52,685 bases of DNA from Chiloscyllium plagiosum (taxonomy: Eukaryota), in the NCBI RefSeq assembly GCF_004010195.1, contig NC_057718.1, positions 31,178,839 through 31,231,523 of the forward strand. The letters are read 5' to 3'. The notes beneath the pieces were generated by a model. The model did no database searches. It was given only the letters and a program-made list of their open reading frames with translations, and was not told the DNA's origin. Shown one piece after another: positions 48,194 through 52,685 of the stretch (positions within the stretch are counted from its first letter, which is position 1; the number at the start of each line of letters is the position of its first letter). A program made the position numbers and the translations under genes.

Positions 48194-50434
48194 CCATGTG
48201 GTGTAAAATTCCAAGCAGTGGAATGTGGTGAAACGGTTAAAAATTATGTCCCAATACATGTGTGAATCTAACCGGAATGGAGGTGTTGCTTAGTCCCGTG
48301 TGAATCTTATTACACACCTCCCCGTGTGAATCTTCTTATCTGTATGTAACCAGAATGGAATGTGTTTTTTAGCCTTGCTCTGCTGTTCACATGAATGTTT
48401 ATATCTGGAAAAGAGTATATCAGCTGGAAAAGTCTCCAGTTCGGTGAGTCTGCTCCGGGGTTACGTTTAACCGCCGAGCGTGGGTTGTTGGCAACCGCTC
48501 TACGAGAACTGACGGCTCCCAGTTCCGGTAACATGTAGAGTGAGTATAAGCCAGACCCGTTGTAAGTATGAGACCTGGTTGTGGCGACGCTGCGGGGAAT
48601 AAAATGCATATTCTAGCAGACTCGCCTCTTGGTCGTTTGTTCTGTGTCAGACTACTCTCCTACGAACCTGACCTTGAGAATTTTTTAAAACACCATCCTT
48701 GATGGAGATGCATTTGTCTAAGAATGAGACAGATACTAAAGAGTAGTCCATGGTAAGTATGATGGTGGGATGAAACTTGTTGATATCACTGTGTAGTAGT
48801 TTCAATGATTGCTCGCATGGGTCCAGAGAAAGTGAATGTCGTCAGTATATTTGGTGTATAGTTCTGGTTGGAGGTCCTGCGTAGAGAAGAAGTCTTGTTT
48901 AAATTAGTGCATAAAAATATTGGCATATTGGGGTGCAAATTTGGTCCCCATGGATGTTCTAAGTGTCTGGATGAAGAACTGGTTGTCAAAGGTGAAACAT
49001 GGTCGAGGATGAAGCTGATGAATTGTAGGATGTTGCCCAGAGATTGGCAGTCAATCCATGTAACATTTTATAAATTCCTACTTGGAAATAGAGCCAGTCT
49101 GACTCAAGATTGGGATACAGATAGACCACCATCACACCTTTCATGCATTGTCTGAGCTGAGATGACAGTTTTGTTTTGTAAAACCTTAAGTTATCTCGAG
49201 AATGTGACTTTAAAAAGTTCTGGGGTTTATGTGTTAATGAGCCTAAACCTGCAAACCATTCTAAGAGATGAAAGACTTAACAGCAATCTCGGTTTGTTGA
49301 ATATATTGATCCAGGTGCATGACACTGTAATCTTTTGCTATAAATTCTGTGTCTTGCTTCACAGCTACTTGATGAAGGAGCAGTCCTCCAAAAGTTAGTA
49401 CTTTCAAATACACCTGTTGGACTAAAACCTGGTGTTGTGTGATTTTTAACTTTGTCCATCCCAGTACAACACTGGCACCTCCACGTGATGTTTACCAAAT
49501 CTGATGGAGACGTGCAGTCTTTGGGTGAAGACGAGGAGTTTTAAATTAGCCTTCATAGGGAACAAATATATTCAGTTCATTCCTGAGATTAGATTGTAAT
49601 TATGCCCAACTAGTAATGTAGCCTGCACTTAGAGATATCATGCAATAAACTGTCTTGTTTATAAGATGTGTGCCTCTTCTATTTTGACTCACCAGCAGCC
49701 TATTCTCTACCATTGACAATTAGACAAGCCCTATACACAGTATTGAAAAAGGAGGGCTGATAACAGTGAACTACCTCAATCACCCTTACCTTGTCTTATG
49801 TTCCAGCAGAGGTGGCAGGTTACACAAGATGCCATACTGAATGGAGTATACTTGGGAGTGTGTTATTCTACATCAAATGGGAGGTCTTCACCTCTGTAGT
49901 AATGTTTATTGACATGAAGCTCACAATCATCACGTTAATATGGAGGGTTCAGGAGAAGAATTCTGTTACTCTCAGACTCGGGTAATTTCTAATATTGGGC
50001 ATCTGTCCTATTGGAGTATATCGACCACTGGTCCACTCTAGCAGTGTGTGCTGGTTGCGTATCTTGGCAGAGTGCATCCTGTGCCCAAGTAAGTGACTAG
50101 AAAGCACATTTGAAAGCACAGGACTCTTTTAAAATGAACCAGTAAGCTACCTGCCTGACAGGAGATCCCAACTGAGCTCTTTGGGTTCAGGATACTACAG
50201 TATTGGGCTGCTTCATTACTGTTAAGTTAATCAAGTTAAAATTGGCTCCAGATCTTCACAGTTGCTGAAAAACAATTCTGTTGTAAAAGTTGTAACCAGC
50301 TTAGCTTTTAAATGTAATTGATTAAAAAGTGAATGCACATTTGGAGTTAGTGAATGCAGAATTTGTTTCAGTAGCATTATTTTTTGACTTGATTGGGAGA
50401 ATGTTTGAGCAGTAAACCGTTATCCAGGAATTGT

Positions 50435-50630
50435 TTTAGCTCAGTTGGCTGGATTGTTGGTTGGCAAAGTGATGTGATTCCAACAGCATGTGTTCAATTC
50501 CCATCACTGGTTTGAGGTTACCATGAACGACTCTTCTCAACCTCTTCCCTTGCCTGAGGTCTGGTGGCCAATTGATTCTCTCTCTCATAAGACAGCAGCC
50601 CCTATAGTCTGGCAAGATTATGGTGGCACA
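50435..50630 (+). mobile_element. tRNA-derived SINE (further family)
   Basis: A box tagctcagttgg, B-box-like gtgttcaattccc, body gaggttaccatgaa..ttctcaacctct..cagcccctatagtctgg. Confidence 0.7.
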
Positions 50631-50859
50631 ACCAAACCCTTGTCCATTTCAGCATATGCGTTTTTTTCCCATGAATTGCACCTTATAGCATGTCAATATC
50701 ACAGGCAGATCATGGTGTCAGTCAACCTGCAATGCTGGTTTGACAGTAGCCAATGCCATTTTGGAACTCTTGAGTTCTAGTCATTGCCCTCTCAATCCTC
50801 AACACATTATACAGCATGAATAACATCCAACCAAAACTGTTTAAATAGGTAATTAACTA

Positions 50860-51200
50860 GTTCTCAGGTAATTGACACTGAAATATCAAACCAAACCCCA
50901 AAATAATATTCTGGGGACATGGATTTGAATACCACCTTGACAGATGGTGAACTTTGAATTCCATAAATATCTAAAAGAAATAGAAGCTATCCTAATGTCA
51001 ACTTATGTTACCAAAATCAATTGCTGTAAACAAAAGTCCCAACTGATACAACAATGCCCTTTTTGGAAATAAAATCTGCCATCCTTACCTAGTCTGACAT
51101 TACATGTGACTCATACCCACAGCAAAGTTAACTTTTGATTGTAGGAAAGGCAATAAATGCTGATTCAGCCAGGAATGCCCACATCCCATGGATAAATAGT
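50860..51200 (+). mobile_element. tRNA-derived SINE, same family as 27885-28238
   Basis: tctggggacatggatttgaat..aatctgccatccttacctagtctg..ggcaataaatgctg..gcccacatcccatg. Confidence 0.8.
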
Positions 51201-52010
51201 TTACTATTAAATAAAAGTTAATTTCTTCTGATTATCAGTTCAATTTGACAAATATTTTGTTCTTTCAAGCTGCAAAAGTCTAATGGTAGTGTCATGAAAA
51301 GTAATAAAGGACATTTTCCTGACTTTTCAATTCTGCAAAAAAACCAATTGCTTACTGAAATTGGTGTACTAGCAGGGTTTCTCCTTGGACAGAACATGAC
51401 TGGGAGAATAAGCAGAGGCCATGCAGAACTGGACAAGCTTCCAGAAGTGGGAGGAGGAGGAGGCAGCAAATCAGTCATAAACATATTGAATGGTAAATCA
51501 GGATGAAAGGACTGATTGGCCTAATCCTGCTCCTAAGTCCCACATTTCTTGAAGATGTTTTAGAAAGAGGCCATATTTTTGTAAAGTGTTCATATAGCAA
51601 CCCGTCAACTGAAACCTCGAAACCTCAGTGAGGAACAATCTGTAAGATGTCTTTATTTATTAAGAATATGTCCTCAGAAATCTTACAACGGTTGCTGTCG
51701 TCTTTTACTTTATCATATGCCTGAGAACTTATGAAGAAATTGGACAGTTTTAATTTAAAACTAGGATGGAATATGGTCAATTTACATGGAAAAGATGGCT
51801 CTGGGGAGAGGATGGGGTTCACGTAACCTTGTTTCATATTTTCTGTACAAACCTGGACTCATATCTGGATATATCTATGTTAAGCCATTAAAATGTAAAC
51901 CATATTATTTTGGGGGACATTGCACTGAAAATATATCAGAATGCATCAGTTCACCTGTGGAATTAAAATTTACCATTGTATGCATGCCACAAGAAACTGA
52001 GATAAAACAG

Positions 52011-52199
52011 GAGAAAGTGAGGACTGCAGATGCTGGAGATCAGAGCTTAAAAATGTGATGCTGGAAAAGTGCAGCAGGTCAGGCAGCATCAAAGGAGAAG
52101 GAGAATTGACGTTTCGGGCATAAGCCCTTACCGAAACGTCGATTCTCCTTCTCCTTTGATGCTGCCTGACCTGCTGCACTTTTCCAGCATCACATTTTT
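52011..52199. mobile_element. Young fold-back PLE pLTR mini-element (family A)
   Basis: ~69-bp near-perfect arms (52048-52117 / 52131-52200) plus 37-nt tail; perfect 17-bp TSD aaactgagataaaacag 51994-52010/52200-52216. Confidence 0.92.
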
Positions 52200-52520
52200 A
52201 AACTGAGATAAAACAGTCAACCAGACTTGGTATCTGCAGTCTGACACCACAGAGAGATAGATGTGAGAAAAGCCAACTTATCACAAGAAAATGCAAAAAA
52301 TAACCCTGTCTCACCCCCATGTGGACAATTTGACATCAATATTTTGCTCACGTGACACAAATTGAGTCCTTACGAAATACCTTATACATTCTCAGGGAAA
52401 GCCCAGAGTGGGCAGTCTGGGGCAAAAGCTACAAAGATAACAGACCTTGCTATAAAAGGAAGAGCTGTGCTCAAAATATTCACCACAAATAGAGTAGCAA
52501 GGTTATTTCTTTTTGCTAGA

Positions 52521-52685
52521 TAAAAACAATGATTGCAGATGCTGGAAACCAGATTCTGGATCAGTGGTGCTGGAAGAGCACAGCAATTCAGGCAGCATCC
52601 GAAAGCTTCGAAATCGACGTTTCGGGCAAAAGCCCTTCATCAGGAATAAAGGCAGAGAGCCTGAAGCGTGGAGAGATAAGCTAGG
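52521..52685 (-). mobile_element. PLE pLTR 3' end, same subfamily as 7009-7345, truncated by window end
   Basis: Near-identical to 7011-7175. Confidence 0.9.
52614..52646 (-). ncRNA. Minimal type I hammerhead ribozyme, intact core
   Basis: - strand UUC-CUGAUGA-A-GGGC UUUU GCCC-GAAAC-GUC|GA. Confidence 0.87.

Larger units (their letters stand above)
47068..48692 (+). mobile_element. Young LTR element (solo LTR or collapsed provirus), 5-bp TSD
   Basis: TGT..ACA termini, TSD ccatc 47063-47067/48693-48697, TATAA 48545, AATAAA 48598-48603, CpG-rich, splits the PLE RT. Confidence 0.85.
45545..49490 (-). mobile_element. Neptune-type PLE (family C): 5'-truncated RT + GIY-YIG with inverted pLTR, interrupted by an LTR
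   Basis: - strand MG.KFAPQYANIFM and KYTDDI (48830-48960); ORF 46276-47004; pLTR 45545-45830 (-) mirrored by 49040-49452 (+); TSD tttaccaaatct 45530-45541/49491-49502. Confidence 0.92.

Noticed and set aside
47117..48265. Five long ORFs of 337-382 aa
   Set aside because: Artefacts of translating through the N gap
51625..51721. Possible minus-strand exon AYDKVKDDSNRCKISEDIFLINKDILQIVPH*
   Set aside because: Ends in a stop, no recognisable homology or supporting neighbours

Overview
Repeat-dense, AT-rich vertebrate non-coding DNA, almost certainly from a cartilaginous fish (shark), inferred from HE1/V-SINE copies and HER1/CR1 LINEs. No host protein-coding gene can be identified with confidence; two weak candidate exons are noted. 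Most ORFs in the track are retroelement fragments or artefacts of a 967-N gap (47227-48193). The window contains many CR1 LINE fragments (one near-complete ORF2 relic at 35.7-38.7 kb), L2, Tx1 and a further RTE-X/Zenon-like LINE, several SINE families, three TG..CA LTRs with target-site duplications (TSDs), a Harbinger-like relic, and at least four families of Penelope-like elements (PLEs). Highlights: (i) about ten PLE pseudo-LTR segments, most with minimal hammerhead ribozyme motifs (two intact cores), many as ~140-210 bp fold-back mini-elements with a ~35-nt unpaired tail and usually a 12-18 bp TSD; (ii) a young CpG-rich LTR with 80-bp hairpin-containing tandem repeats that spans the gap inside a PLE RT gene; (iii) a perfect 39-bp-arm palindrome created inside an old PLE copy. 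Family names come from recognising motifs by eye, not from database searches, and boundaries of old repeats are approximate (about +/-20-50 bp).
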